NCBI GenBank assembly: GCA_951804945.1
Contig: OX638150.1
Location: 44,702,001-44,766,000, forward strand
Source: Podarcis cretensis
Taxonomy: Eukaryota
Direction: 5' to 3'
DNA: 64,000 bases
In this document: one piece after another, positions 37,301 through 48,365 of the stretch
Position numbering within the stretch: the stretch's first letter is position 1
Layout: every line of letters starts with the position of its first letter
Translations under genes and position numbers: made by a program
Notes under the pieces: model-generated
Database searches by the model: none
Seen by the model: the letters and a program-made list of their open reading frames with translations, nothing else
Told to the model about the DNA's origin: nothing

Positions 37301-40300
37301 TAATATATACCACAAGTACCTGGCTGTCAAAGTTCCCATAAGTCTCTGAGCTCAGCGTGTCCGATGAATCTTTGTTTAAGAGCTGCAAAAGACAAAGAGG
37401 TTTGGTAAGTGGTCACATAGAGGTGACTCACAGAACTTTCTAAGCCCTGTATTCCAGGAAGCAGGCATAGGTTAACTAGAACATCTTTTGGAACTTTCAT
37501 CTAATGAGCACCAGGCCTGGCAGCAGGGAGTGGGGCAGGACTTTGGGGGGGGGGGATTAGCATGAAAGCAGCATCATTACCTGGGAAGAGGCAAGATCGT
37601 AGGTTGAGAATGAGGGGCGCTTCCTGACCAGGGAAATCATTAGCAACACAAAGCAAGCGTCCAGTTCCGGAGCCTAATGGCTTCACACTAGGCTGAAGGA
37701 CACAGTTGCACTCACCTCCTGTATTGCTGTCATAACAACATGCTGCACAGATTCCTCCAGGGTCATGATCTGCTGGATGTGATCTGCAAACAGATGAGGC
37801 TGGGCACTCAAATTACTCTCCAACTAGTTCCTTCCTCCTTTGGCCAGATTCCCTCCCCTGCCCCAAATCATGCATGAGGGTTGGTACAGCCTCTAGGAGT
37901 GGGCCCCAAATTTCAACAAAGTATTTTTGTGGGTGTGGCAGAATGTCAGATCTCTGTCTGTCTGTCTCTCACTGCACCCTCCTGCTGTCTCAAACTGTTT
38001 TAAGAGGCTGATATACCAACTAGAATCGGGGGTGAAGAAAACTGAGAGGAGAAAACCCAAAGAGAAAGATTGGAAGCTCTAGCTTAAGGAGGTCCTGAAG
38101 TTATATGGATGAGGCAAGAGCCACCTGAATGGAGAGGACTAACGAAGGGAAACTGTAAGTCCCTGTAAGCAGGACAGCAATGCCACAACAAGTAGGGCAC
38201 CTGCTTCCTAGACCCCACCCACACACGGCAGGTATTTAAAGCAGCCATTGCAGAGTCATCCTCATGGCACAGATGCCCATAAAGCTCCACTGTGACATCC
38301 CCCCATTGTAATTGTCATTTGCATACATATACCTTGCTTTCTCTCACAGCTGATGGCACAGCCCAGCACCAGCTGCAGCAGCTTGCCCAGCTCAGCTGTG
38401 TCAGACAGTTCTCCAACCAGAGCTACATCAGGCAGCAGCTGCTCCGGGACTTGGTGGCCCAGGACCTGAGAAGACAGCAGCGGATATAGCTTCTGACACC
38501 CAGCAGACCTTTCACTGTTGCTGCTACCTACCTATTCCACCCATCTCACTGTGTCTGTGACAGCAATTTGCCTGGGAGAGGACAGGTTACTTTTCAGTAT
38601 CTTTATCTTAGGTTTGAAATCAGCCACTTGTCCAGCACTAGTCTGTGGCAAGCCTCCAAGTGACCAAACAATGAAGCTTTTGAAACTGCAACAGCCTCTG
38701 CCAGTGGGCAATAAGTGACTTACACAGGCATGTGAGGAAAGGTGAATATATATTTTTTTTAAAGTTATGGTCTAGTAACTTGGGTGGACTTGTTAGCAAG
38801 ACTGCCTGGGCTAAGGAGCATTTACTACTACTACAACAACAACAACAACAACAACAACAACTACTACTACTACTACTACTAGTCTACTACTACTACTACA
38901 ATCCAATTCTTCCTCCAAACAGCTCAGGGTAGCATATATAGTTTTCCCACTGTTTTATCCCTGTGAGTGGATAGATTAGGCTAAGGGGTAGACCCAAAGT
39001 CATCACCCAGGAAGCTTTGGAGTAAATCAGGGATTTGAAACAAAATCTCCCCAGTTTAAGTCTCACTTGCTACTCCACTCCACTGGCTGTCAACTGTGTC
39101 TTGGGAGTTCTGTACACAGAGAAAGGCACATCCATAGAGAACAAATAACATTTACCCAGCTTTTCTAGAGCAGAGCTATTTCTATTATTATTTATTATCA
39201 TTATTCAATTTATTACCCACCCTTCACCAGCAGGTCCCTGGGCAGACTACAACAATCTAAAATTCAGTATTAAAACCAGCTAAAACTAATTACCATCAAA
39301 GGGATAGGTGGGTCCTGGGGGAAAAGAATGTTAGGCTGGAACCATGAGCTCTGTCTTTCAGTGATGGCTTCAATACAGCCAGGCTGAGTGATTGTCAGAG
39401 TTTTGTCCCTTGGCATTCACCTGCTGCTCTACTGCCCAAGCAGAGACCCTTAACTTTCACTGGAGGCTTGGGCCATGCCCTGAAATACATCACAACCATG
39501 CCAGCAAAGCCAAACCAGAAAAGGTACTCACATCCTGGGAGTATTCAACCACACTCTGCAGGACCTTCTTCAAGTTGCTCACCTGGAGGCAAGATAGAGG
39601 ATGAATTAATATAAATACGCAGGTTTGTCAGAGTACTGAGACCTGTCATTCCCACTATATTTCCCCTTTCCAAAGGCAATACAGCCAATGAGCAAGACAG
39701 CCTATTTCCCATGCTGGTATGGAAATTTTTAAAAAAGCTGGTCATGCTCAGTCATCTTCAGAACTACTCTGATGGGAGAGAAGAGTCCAAGGTTGATGCA
39801 GGACAGGCATCCTATTGGGGTGAAGAGCCCTTCCTACCAAATCCCACCCTCATATTCAAATCACAAAGCTGGCTGATCAACCTAAGCCAGCCAAGAAACC
39901 CTGAAAATTGAACAACTCTGCTTTCAAGGTATTGCTAAGTCAGAGTCTCATGACTTCTGGAGTTCATTTACTGGCAGTATTTAGGACTGCTAAGCATCTA
40001 GGTCTTAGAGACCACCACTCAGCCCATTCTCACTTCATACCTTCAGCCTCCAGTTGTCACCGGCATCATCTTTAATCCTCAAGAGCCAGGTTTCATTGAA
40101 CCAAGATGGGTCTCTGGAAATGAAAACAATAAAGCTGTTGCCTTTGGTTCGGGGGTGGAAAGCAAACTCTCAGCAGCTTTGTGATCTTGCACATAAGCTT
40201 TGTGAAACAGATTCCATAGTGGCTTTTCACCAGTCTAGAGTCAAGCTCTGCTGTCTTCTGTCTCACAAACAGCTTCATTCACATTGCCCCAATGTGACAA

Positions 40301-43300
40301 AGAAGGCAACCACAGGAGCTTTCCTGCTGCTAAGCTGTTGTCTGTAGTATCAAACTGTCAAAATTCTCTAGTATCAAACTGTCAAATTAACTCATTAGGG
40401 TGGGAATTCTGATTTCTGGCAGCACAAATTTAAACAGTCAACTTGCTAACCAGGGGCAGAGATCAAAGAGAGATTTGTGAGGGAGTTGAGGGGAGAATTT
40501 TGCCATGCTGACCATGATAACTCTTGTGAACACTCATTAAGATAACCACCACGACACTCACATTTTGTGCAGCACCTGGGCAATCGTGACCCCGCTGGCC
40601 AAATCCTGTTCTTTGGCACATGGAGATGAAACATGAAACGTCTGCAGCTGGAGGAAACAAATCAAATCAGCAAGTGAACACTTTAGGTGAAAAAATTATT
40701 GGATCTGGGAACAGAGGAAGCCCATTCTGAACCAGCCTACAGAGGGACACAACCTGAAATCTGTCAGGGCTGCTGGTAACAGTGTTAATATCAAGGAACA
40801 AAAATACACTTTTTCTGGATAACTCATCTAATGGGAATATCTCCATAAGAATGAAAACTGTGGAGTTACAAAGAATCTTGGCTGAAGGTGGCAACCCTAT
40901 GTAGGTTTAGGTGCACTTAGGCTCCATGATTAGACACCAAGATCTTTAAAACCAAACTTGAAAATCTATGCCAATAGATAAGTCTGCTGCTGCAAGACAA
41001 CAGTGCCTGCCACACACATGCACCCCACACACAATGAGCTCGGCACGAGTACTCCCACATGCCTGCAAGGCACTGATATACACAATGAATCACTAAGCAG
41101 AGGCAGCCCAGCTGTCACGCTCACAGTCAGGGCATCCTTGAGTATAATGAAACAGAAGTCTTCCAAGCTACCTCCTGCCTCGAGAGCAGCTACAGGATTT
41201 ACACCCAGGAGATTTAGGAGTGGCCTTGGTCCTCTCCTCCAACATGCACACAGTCATCCCTGCTTGTTTTCCCATGATTTTAACCTTGCTTCCTCAATTG
41301 CAACTAACAGGCTGAAAACAACACATTAAGGTTTTCATATTAACCAAAAAGATTACCAAAACAAGTAAGCTTTCTGTCTTTGAATTATCTAGTCCAATTT
41401 GGGGTTTTCTACAGGGTCAGATATTTCTCTTACCTACCTCGTTATTAAACAATGCTCTCCTTTTGACTGTTAATGTGCCCTCTTTGGAAGATGGTGGCTA
41501 CACTACATCCAGTGAATGTCACAAACACCCCACCTTCCTCTGTATTTTGGGTACCTCCCCCTTAAAATTTCATTTGGTTGATGTCCTAATTCTTATGGTT
41601 CTCAACTGAAACAGCTAAGTGGCAATACCTTAAATTGGATTAGGTCCTATTTGTGTCAAATTATCAGCCTCTCAAGTTACACTGAACTCTCAGTTGTGCA
41701 GAAATCAGATCCCATAGCTCTCTTATTCACTGGAATCAACATGTTTAGACCAAATTTACATTTTAGGAAACCATGTGTGCCTACCTTCTCCAAATTGTCC
41801 ACCCCTCTTAATAGAAGTCCCATCAACTACCTGCATGAGGTAAAGTACTGATGTTTTTCCTAAGATACAGTGGTACCTTGGGTTACATACGCTTCAAGTT
41901 ACATACACTTCAGGTTACAGACTCCGCTAACCCAGAAATAGTACCTCAGGTTAAGAACTTTGCTTCAGGATGAGAACAGAAATTGTGCAGCAGCGGCGCA
42001 GCGGCAGCAGAAGACCCCATTAGCTAAAGTGGTGCTTCAGGTTAAGAACAGACCTCTGGAACCAATAAAGTACTTAACCCGAGGTACCACTGTACTGCAT
42101 CCCACATAAACACAAGTATCAGGCCTCCTTTAGTATCAGCGACTGACATTTGACCTCAGCATGCCTAAGAGTAGAAGGGTCTCTTCTGCTGGGGGCAGTC
42201 TTTACATGTGAAAGCAGTCTTGCCATGTGAAAGCATCCTAAAGTGCCAGTTACAGATAGGTAGCCGTGTTGGTCTGCCATAGTCAAAACAAAATAAAAAA
42301 AATTCCTTCCAGTAGCACCTTAAAGACCAACTAAGTTATCCTAAAGTGGTCCATCTTAGAGCTCTGGCTAATAACATTACAGTACATGGGCATCCACCTT
42401 CCCATCAGATCTCGCTTGGGTACTACCTCCAGCCTTCTCACACAAGGCTGACAGATGCCTGATTCTTACTGGAGAAATCAGCATTCCATTCTGAATCTGG
42501 CAGAAATACCAGCCATCTTGCATTAGTAAATTATTTCCTAAATATCCAGGTCCCATAAACAAAAGACCCTTCCTTGTTAGCCGAGAGCTCCCAACAGCAT
42601 CTGTGGACTCAGGCACGGGGGTATTGAAGAAAAACAGTGTTAGGGCTGCTCAGTTCAGTGTAAACAAAGACTCCTGTGTTTTTAATACTTGGGCAGGAGA
42701 GACAAGCTGGACAGGTTCAGCTCCTCCTCTCTTACTGCTGCAGTGCTACGAAAGGCTGATCATACCAAAATCCTTCCTTGTATGACAGCTGTTGCATATA
42801 GAATCTAGAAACAACAACTCCAGTATTTTCTGCCCTGGGCAGAGATAGAAGCGTCCGGCATCTTTGGCATGGTGGGTTAGGGAGAAGGTGATTAGCAATG
42901 GAAGAACAAAGTCTTCTCATTACAGCTATTAGTGATAAACAGGACATAGGGCAATCTAACCAGGAAGCTCTTAGAAGCCAGAGCAGCAGTCACTCTTAAT
43001 AACCCAAGCAGCCATTCTTTAAGTCAGGCAGAGGTATGTGCTGCTCTAGTTGTTCAAACACTAGTTTTTCCAGTAAAACCTAAAATCATTTAAATCTGAA
43101 ATATGACAATAATGAAGCACACAAATATAAATATCACACAAATATAATACTTCAAAGAACCCTCCAGTTGGCTCTAATTGCAAAAGAAAAAGTTTTCCAG
43201 AAATATTTTCCTTGAGCAAGTTGGTGAAGTTTCTGAGTCAAAATCCACTTATTCTTCACCATTTTAATGCAAAAAACAAAATGTCTTGTGGTACTTTAAA

Positions 43301-45257
43301 GTAGGAGGATGGTATTCAATTAAATAATTGTGAGAGGGGAATGACTTCCACTTGTGCAAAAAGATTTCCCTCCTCTGCCCCCCTGTACGTCTCCCACGCT
43401 ATCCCCAGATCTGCTCTAGAGAGTTGAGGGAACCCCCAGAACAGATTTAGGGAGTACATTGGGGGAGGGGGGGATATCGTTGCACAAACAGAAGTTGTTC
43501 TTCTCACACATAGAGGTATTTAGGAGTGCTCTGAATACAACCCTAACAAATTTACTATGGCATAAGCTTTTGTGGACTACATCAGATGCATGAATTGTTA
43601 ACCCAAGTTAGCAGATACACACGGTGGGGGGGGGGAGTGAGTGAAGGAGAAAGTCAGCAGTGAGGTAAGCAGCAGGGGTAGAAAGAAATGCAATGCAAAG
43701 GGTACAGACTGAGGCAATTACAGTAATGCTTAAAGTTGTCACAGTAACAATTCACAAAGCATGGTTGATTATCAAAAAAGCATCCTGACATTCGTAAGCT
43801 ACTACAACACACGCAATAGGACAAAACCCTGTTCCCTTGATTTGGCTCACAGGTGACACAACTGAACTTAACAATTCAGTAGTTTTCACATTGTAGACTT
43901 TATTACACATGTGACCCAAAAGCATGAACATTTGTCAGACCCCTGAATCTTCTACTCAAAACACTGAATCAAATTAATGGACAAATAGCAGCTTCCACAA
44001 GGGTTCTCTCAAGAATAAGCAAATCAACACAAATAAATGCTTTTCCTTATTTCAGGATTGGTATGAAATAGTCCAGTTTGGAACTGGGCCCCAGTTGAGT
44101 AGCATATAAATTTATTTCTAGTAATCCAGTCTCTGGCTCTCTCATATATTTAACCTCACCAATTAGACTGGTCTGAACTATAGATTGAGCATGTGTTGCC
44201 TTCTTTCTTAACATTCCAAGTTGTTTTAAGTTTGTTCCTCTGATGAACTACAAACCTCTATGTCTTGTTCTACACATTTTTAAGCAGGCTGAACTAGATT
44301 ATCAACCTCGCTCTCATTATGTTACTCCTTGGGGAGTTTGGCAAGATGGGAATTAATTTGATACCCTTCTTTGTTCAGCATTTGGTGCTGGGCACAGCAG
44401 GTGGTGGGGAAAGATTCTTCCAAAGGAAGGACAGAGAAAGAGAATCTCAAGGAACAGCAGCCAATAGTTGGAAGCCCTAATCATTCCAGTTTTGGACACA
44501 AAAGAAAAAGCTAGTTTAAGGGAGCGGGTGGAGGGAACGGAGAAAATCCACAGCGCCAGGGGGCAAAGAGCGCGAATGCAGAGTCACTGTGTGTCGAGTG
44601 GAGCCTACAAAAATAGCCCGAGGCTTTAAGGCAGACTTGCGGCACCGGGAGGTTTTTAAGAGGATTTGGGAGTTGAGGAGCGGAGTTGAGAGGTAGCCGG
44701 GAGGCCTCAAGACTTTCCTGGAAGGAACTCCAGGGGCTGAGCAACCGGTGCTGCCAAGTTCAGGCCTTCGCCGCGGACTTTAACCGACGTCCCTCCCGCC
44801 CGTGTTCACCAAACCAGGTGGTTATTACAGGTGTCCATGCACACGATACATTCATACACCACCCCCACACACTGTCGGTGCATAATGCTTATGGGTGGAA
44901 CAGCGGGTGTAAAGCACGTCCGTGAGAATGCAGAAACGTGAGCGGCAATCCCGGGTTAAACTAACCCGGAATAATAAACAAAGAAACAGGGGCGCGTGTG
45001 GCCTTGTAGGCCATTCTTCCCCTTCCCCAAGGAAGGGTTATCCCAGGCGGCTGGGCAAGGAAGCCGGGCGAGAAGGCACCTGTTGAAGACGGGGGGGGGG
45101 CGGCAGTGGCAGCGGGGGTAACTCGGGGGGGCGCCCTATGGAGGTGGTGGCGGGAATCAGCCGAGCAGCGGCGGCGGGCGACCCCCCGCGCTCCAGCTCC
45201 CGGGCTTACCCAAGTGAGAAGCGCCCCGCAGCGCCCGGCCGGGCCCGTCTCGCTCAT
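25149..45257 (-). CDS. HOOK2: Protein Hook homolog 2 (dynein-dynactin activating adaptor), complete spliced CDS, 725 aa (723 without microexon)
   Basis: 23 GT-AG, phase-consistent exons totalling 2178 nt (listed separately). N-terminal Hook domain (LLTWLQTF...DPSWFNETWL...LGKLLQLVLGCAISCERKQ), long coiled coils and C-terminal QSFLAQQRLATNTRRG; HOOK2-like SETYGNFDSQSRKYYFLS; gccATGa start in a CpG island. Confidence 0.97.
25728..25799 (-). CDS. HOOK2: HOOK2 exon 22
   Basis: SDFEKTKSQQEQEEKLIITAWYNM; 72 nt. Confidence 0.95.
26219..26478 (-). mobile_element. CR1 LINE 3' fragment
   Basis: ctgctggatcaggccagtggccca...ttccagcaactggtattcag...atagccatcatgg...aaattccattgtttaact, a typical lizard CR1 3' end. 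Confidence 0.6.
26559..26666 (-). CDS. HOOK2: HOOK2 exon 21
   Basis: VIKKLDPKQQPHGVPLEIQALKNQLQEKDKKINHLE; 108 nt. Confidence 0.95.
26873..26976 (-). CDS. HOOK2: HOOK2 exon 20
   Basis: AKKIDELQQSLKKKDEDMRAMEERYKRYMDKACT; 104 nt. Confidence 0.95.
27179..27261 (-). CDS. HOOK2: HOOK2 exon 19
   Basis: EKLHEAHAELQKKKECLDELEPKVDSN; 83 nt. Confidence 0.95.
27509..27543 (-). CDS. HOOK2: HOOK2 exon 18
   Basis: SSLLQKKLEEH; 35 nt. Confidence 0.93.
28259..28264 (-). CDS. HOOK2: HOOK2 6-nt microexon (Ala-Ile)
   Basis: Minus strand reads ...tgctaacagccctctctttctcccttctgacttgctggctatcctgcccag|GCCATT|gtaagt; phase 0/0. Confidence 0.85.
29024..29111 (-). CDS. HOOK2: HOOK2 exon 16
   Basis: LSQQQITELKVQVEELQRALQEQGSKAED; 88 nt; ends phase 0. 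Confidence 0.95.
29648..29785 (-). CDS. HOOK2: HOOK2 exon 15
   Basis: ETIVRLQHENKMLCAQELSYRLQQTELQGLLEESNRTKNQLEAQQ; 138 nt. Confidence 0.95.
30396..30465 (-). CDS. HOOK2: HOOK2 exon 14
   Basis: TILEEIASPVDNLAAEIMPAEL; 70 nt. Confidence 0.95.
31110..31239 (-). mobile_element. tRNA-Lys(CTT)-derived SINE with CR1-type tail
   Basis: Minus strand: gatagctcagttggtagagcatgagactcttaatctcagggtc...gttgggc + aaaagattcctgcattgcagggggttgaactggatgaccc. Confidence 0.8.
31941..32028 (-). CDS. HOOK2: HOOK2 exon 13
   Basis: RLIEERDALREANEELRCAQVQQKFLNQA; 88 nt. Confidence 0.95.
32617..32727 (-). CDS. HOOK2: HOOK2 exon 12
   Basis: VQELHSKHADEALKAEKWQFEFKNLKEKFEALVKEKE; 111 nt. Confidence 0.95.
33079..33280 (-). 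CDS. HOOK2: HOOK2 exon 11
   Basis: HSSDKVGRLEAMVDSYKKKLEDLGDLRRQVRLLEERN...LEAHKRQ; 202 nt. Confidence 0.95.
34549..34689 (-). CDS. HOOK2: HOOK2 exon 10
   Basis: LESSRDDFRVRCEDLEKEVLELQHRNEELTSLAEEAQALKDEMDVL; 141 nt. Confidence 0.95.
34808..34965 (-). CDS. HOOK2: HOOK2 exon 9
   Basis: ISILVEEKNTLSLENKSLREQ...KKLLLLQTQIEQLQEENF; 158 nt. Confidence 0.95.
36994..37074 (-). CDS. HOOK2: HOOK2 exon 8
   Basis: SRKYYFLSDDLEETDDMRQRCHDLEQQ; 81 nt. Confidence 0.95.
37320..37382 (-). CDS. HOOK2: HOOK2 exon 7
   Basis: LLNKDSSDTLSSETYGNFDSQ; 63 nt. Confidence 0.95.
37716..37783 (-). CDS. HOOK2: HOOK2 exon 6
   Basis: HIQQIMTLEESVQHVVMTAIQE; 68 nt. Confidence 0.95.
38333..38465 (-). CDS. HOOK2: HOOK2 exon 5
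   Basis: VLGHQVPEQLLPDVALVGELSDTAELGKLLQLVLGCAISCERKQ; 133 nt. Confidence 0.95.
38824..38900. repeat. Compound (ACT)n/(ACA)n trinucleotide repeat, tail of a degraded minus-strand SINE (to ~39085)
   Basis: Read directly from the sequence; source of the poly-L/poly-Q/poly-Y spurious ORF. Confidence 0.85.
39532..39582 (-). CDS. HOOK2: HOOK2 exon 4
   Basis: VSNLKKVLQSVVEYSQD; 51 nt. Confidence 0.95.
40041..40113 (-). CDS. HOOK2: HOOK2 exon 3
   Basis: DPSWFNETWLLRIKDDAGDNWRLK; 73 nt. Confidence 0.95.
40562..40647 (-). CDS. HOOK2: HOOK2 exon 2
   Basis: ctccag|; LQTFHVSSPCAKEQDLASGVTIAQVLHK; |gtgagt; 86 nt. Confidence 0.95.
41868..42092. mobile_element. Tc1/mariner-type MITE
   Basis: TA|cagtggtaccttgggtta...cccgaggtaccactg|TA. 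Confidence 0.85.
42246..42337. mobile_element. Short Penelope-like terminal fragment
   Basis: ggtagccgtgttggtctg...gtagcaccttaaagaccaac flanked by an 11-bp direct repeat ATCCTAAAGTG (42235-42245, 42338-42348). Confidence 0.55.
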
Positions 45258-45560
45258 GGCTCCGGCGCTGCAAGCCGCGGTACTCCGAGCGCCACGCCCC
45301 CTGCTGGCCTAGAGCGGCCCCTTGCGCAACCCGCGCGTGACGTCAGCCGCCCGCGCCCCGCCGTTGGCAGCTGGGGCGGAACCGGAGAGGCTCAGCCCCG
45401 CCCGCGAGGCACCGAGACGCTCTAGGATGAGCGAGGGGGTGTCAGGCGAGCGCTTATGACTGTATATGGCGAAGGGGATCGCTCGTGGGTGGGGTCGGTG
45501 CTTCACTCCTGGGGCGCGGGGGGGGGGGGACAGAAACCGAGGCGGTTCAGGGCCACCTGG
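44900..45560 (-). promoter_or_regulatory. HOOK2 CpG-island promoter
   Basis: Dense CpG around the ATG; TTGCGCAA (C/EBP) 45322-45329, TGACGTCA (CRE) 45338-45345, GC boxes at 45373-45380 and 45396-45403. Confidence 0.85.
45210..45257 (-). CDS. HOOK2: HOOK2 exon 1 (coding part)
   Basis: MSETGPAGRCGALLTW|gtaagc. Confidence 0.9.
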
Positions 45561-46379
45561 GAGGCATGCCAGCTGCCTTGCTTTCTAAGCGTGTGGGCCG
45601 CTCGGTGGAAATGAACTCTGCACATGCTCATGGTCACGTTTCTCTATGACTTGTCCTATACGTGTTGAAAAGGTATTCCAGGAATTCTCAGTTTTCCGGG
45701 CCGTTCCAGCTCCACACCGAGACGCAGCATACATGCCGAAGACTCTGTAGTAGTGTGTGTGACAACAAACAGCCGACTTTCTTAACAGGGAAGAAGAAGA
45801 TTTATTAAACTGGATTGATGCGAAATGAAAGGGGGCGCTATGAGGGAACAGATGTTTCAGCACCCGGCGCTGCAGGACCACGAGCCCCCGCCGGGGGACA
45901 GCAGTGTGCCTTCATTTGAGGCTGCTACCGTAGAGGAAACGACATGGGCGATGCCAGCTATGCAAAGCTTGTGTATGTTTGTGTGTGTGTGTGTCTGTGA
46001 TTCGAAGGAATAACTTTCATGTCTACTGCTGCCAAGGAGTTTCATTTTATATGGGGAAGAAGAAGGCGGAAGAACATTGCCTGTTTCATATCCCAGCTGC
46101 TGAGGCTGAATCAAGAGTGTTGCAGTCTAAGGAAAAGGACTCAAATCCTATCTTACTCTTTATTCACTCTCCTTGCCCTGATGGGCCACACAATGCTGCT
46201 AGGTAGCATTTATTTACCTGTGGTTCCAAAAGCCACACTCTTTCTGCTGTATAGTTTTGTTTTTAAAGATTCCCTCTTTGACATCCAAACTTATTTGCTG
46301 ATCTACTCAGTCACAACCCACAACTGGTGTACAGAGAGCACAGGGCTACTGTTTTACTGGAGAGTAAGTCCCATTGAAA

Positions 46380-46724
46380 GGGATGCGGGTGGCGCTGTGG
46401 GTTAAACCACAGAGCCTAGGACTTGCCGATCAGAAGGTTGGCGATTTGAATCCCCGCGACGGGGTGAGCTCCCATTGCTTGGTCCCTGCTCCTGCCAACC
46501 TAGCAGTTCGAAAGCATGTCAGAGTGCAAGTAGATAAATAGGTACTGCTCCAGCAGGAAGGTAAACGGCGTTTCCATGCGCTGCTCTGGTTCGCCAGAAG
46601 CGGCTTAGTCATGCTGGCCACATGACCTGGAAGCTGTACACCGGCTCCCTCAGCCAATAAAGCGAGATGAGAGTTGGTCACGACTGGACCTAATGGTCAG
46701 GGGCCCCTTTACCTTTACATTTAC
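46380..46724 (+). mobile_element. Full-length Sauria SINE
   Basis: tRNA-like head, ACCTTT tail, 14-bp TSD TAAGTCCCATTGAA. Confidence 0.93.
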
Positions 46725-46827
46725 TAAGTCCCATTGAACTGGGTTGGACTAATTCCTGCATAGGAGTAGCCAGCACAGCCCATCAAACACTACAAAGTAC
46801 TGCACAACAAAAACTAACCAAATGGGT

Positions 46828-47174
46828 CAGGGTCGGGGGACTCTTATCAGCCTGGGGGCCACATTCTCTCATGGACAAATTTATTGGGGCCACTTACATT
46901 GCTGAGAGGGGCCAGAGGCGAGTAGGTAGGGCTATGGGTGTGATTCTTTGCCTTTGTACAGTAAGCCACATTCTAGGCATGCCAAAGGCAGATATTTATA
47001 TACACACATCTCTCTCCATCTAGGCAAGCAAGGGCCATTTTTACAGTTCAAGAGTGCTTTCCAGCCAGGCAAAAACTTTTGAAGAGAGTGTGGAGGAGGG
47101 GCATGGCTTGGGGACAGTTCAGAAGACGGATAAAGGGCCACATTTGACCTCCAGGCCTAAGGTTCTCCCACCTG
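46828..47174. mobile_element. Degraded hAT (Charlie-like) element
   Basis: CAGGG..ggga / ttctcccacctg ends and internal gggccacatt motifs; related to 59572-59783. Confidence 0.5.
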
Positions 47175-47919
47175 ACCCAGACAGACTTGCCAGCTATCAG
47201 GAAATCCTCACATTTTAGGTAAGTCCTGAGTTTGGAGCTTGTTTTGTGTTTTAAGTTCTTATTTAAGGGGAACCATATTGGGTGCGTGAAACATTTATTT
47301 GTTACATGTGCATATCACCTTTCCAAGGCGCATAGCACTGTGTTTTTATCCTAAAGCAGCTCTGTGAGGTAGGATAGGCTGAAAGATTGCCGTTCTCTTA
47401 TGGCCACCCAGTTTGCTTCATCATTAAGTAGCGACAAGACTTTTTGCTTCTCACACCCCAGCCCAGCACTCCTGCCTATTGTGCCACACTAGCTGCCGAG
47501 GAGCATTTGGCAAATGTATGCCTCCTCAACAGGAGCCTTGTGTTTTATTCTCTCACATCCCCCGCCTCATGCAACCGCGGAGATGAAAAACAAACTCCAT
47601 GTGGGAAAGTTCCCAGCCGGGTTATTTTGGCTGCCTTGGGTGGAAACGTGTTATCGGCCTATGTGACTCAGGAGCAACTCAGACACCGTCTGCTCCCAGC
47701 TTCCCTTCCTGGGATAGCCTGGTATTAACCCATCCAGGGCTAGCAGGAGGTCAGTTCTGCTTCAACAAGCTTGCCCTGAGGCTGGAAGGAAGGAACATGG
47801 GCTGTTTTTGTCCATGTCGTGCTTCAGCTGGTTTGGGGTGGCTTTCAGTCTTGAGCCTCACCACTGCTCTCTGAGAGTTGATGTAGTAGACTGGCAAGGA
47901 GGAGTGTGAACCGTGACCC

Positions 47920-48147
47920 AGAGCCTGTGTGGTGGTTACTGTGTTGGACTAAGACCTAGTAGACCGAGGTTCTTCAAATCCCCACTCAGCCATGAAGCTC
48001 ACTGGGTGAGCTTGGATCAATCATGGATCCTCAGCTTAACCTACCTCACAGGGTTGTTGTGAGGATAAAATGGAATGGGAGAACCATGTACTTACTCCAC
48101 GTTGAGCTCCTCAGAGGAAAAAAATGTGGGATTGAAATGTAATAAAT
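47920..48147 (+). mobile_element. Squam3-like (MIR/CORE-derived) SINE
   Basis: gtgttggact..ttcaaatcccactcagccatgaagctcactgggtg..cctacctcacagggttgttgtgaggataaaatgg; reverse copy at 50907-51143. Confidence 0.8.
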
Positions 48148-48275
48148 TGATTAATCCCCAGTTCAAATCCCTCCTCAGTCACAAACCAGGGCCTCAGCGG
48201 ATTCTCGATCCCATTCCTCAACCCCATTCTTTGTGTTTCTTTACAGCATTCAACCCCAACAGGATTGCCACCAGC

Positions 48276-48365
48276 TTTTTTTTTTTAATTCTCAGTCTAA
48301 TTTGTTTTTATATGACATTTAGTTTTTTTTTAATTCTAAGTTTAATTTGTTTTTATATGGCATTT
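48276..48365. repeat. 45-bp tandem duplication
   Basis: tttttttaattct.ag..taatttgtttttatatg.cattt present twice. Confidence 0.8.

Noticed and set aside
40345-40388. 24-bp period duplication tagtatcaaactgtcaaa
   Set aside because: Simple local slippage in an intron; no further structure.
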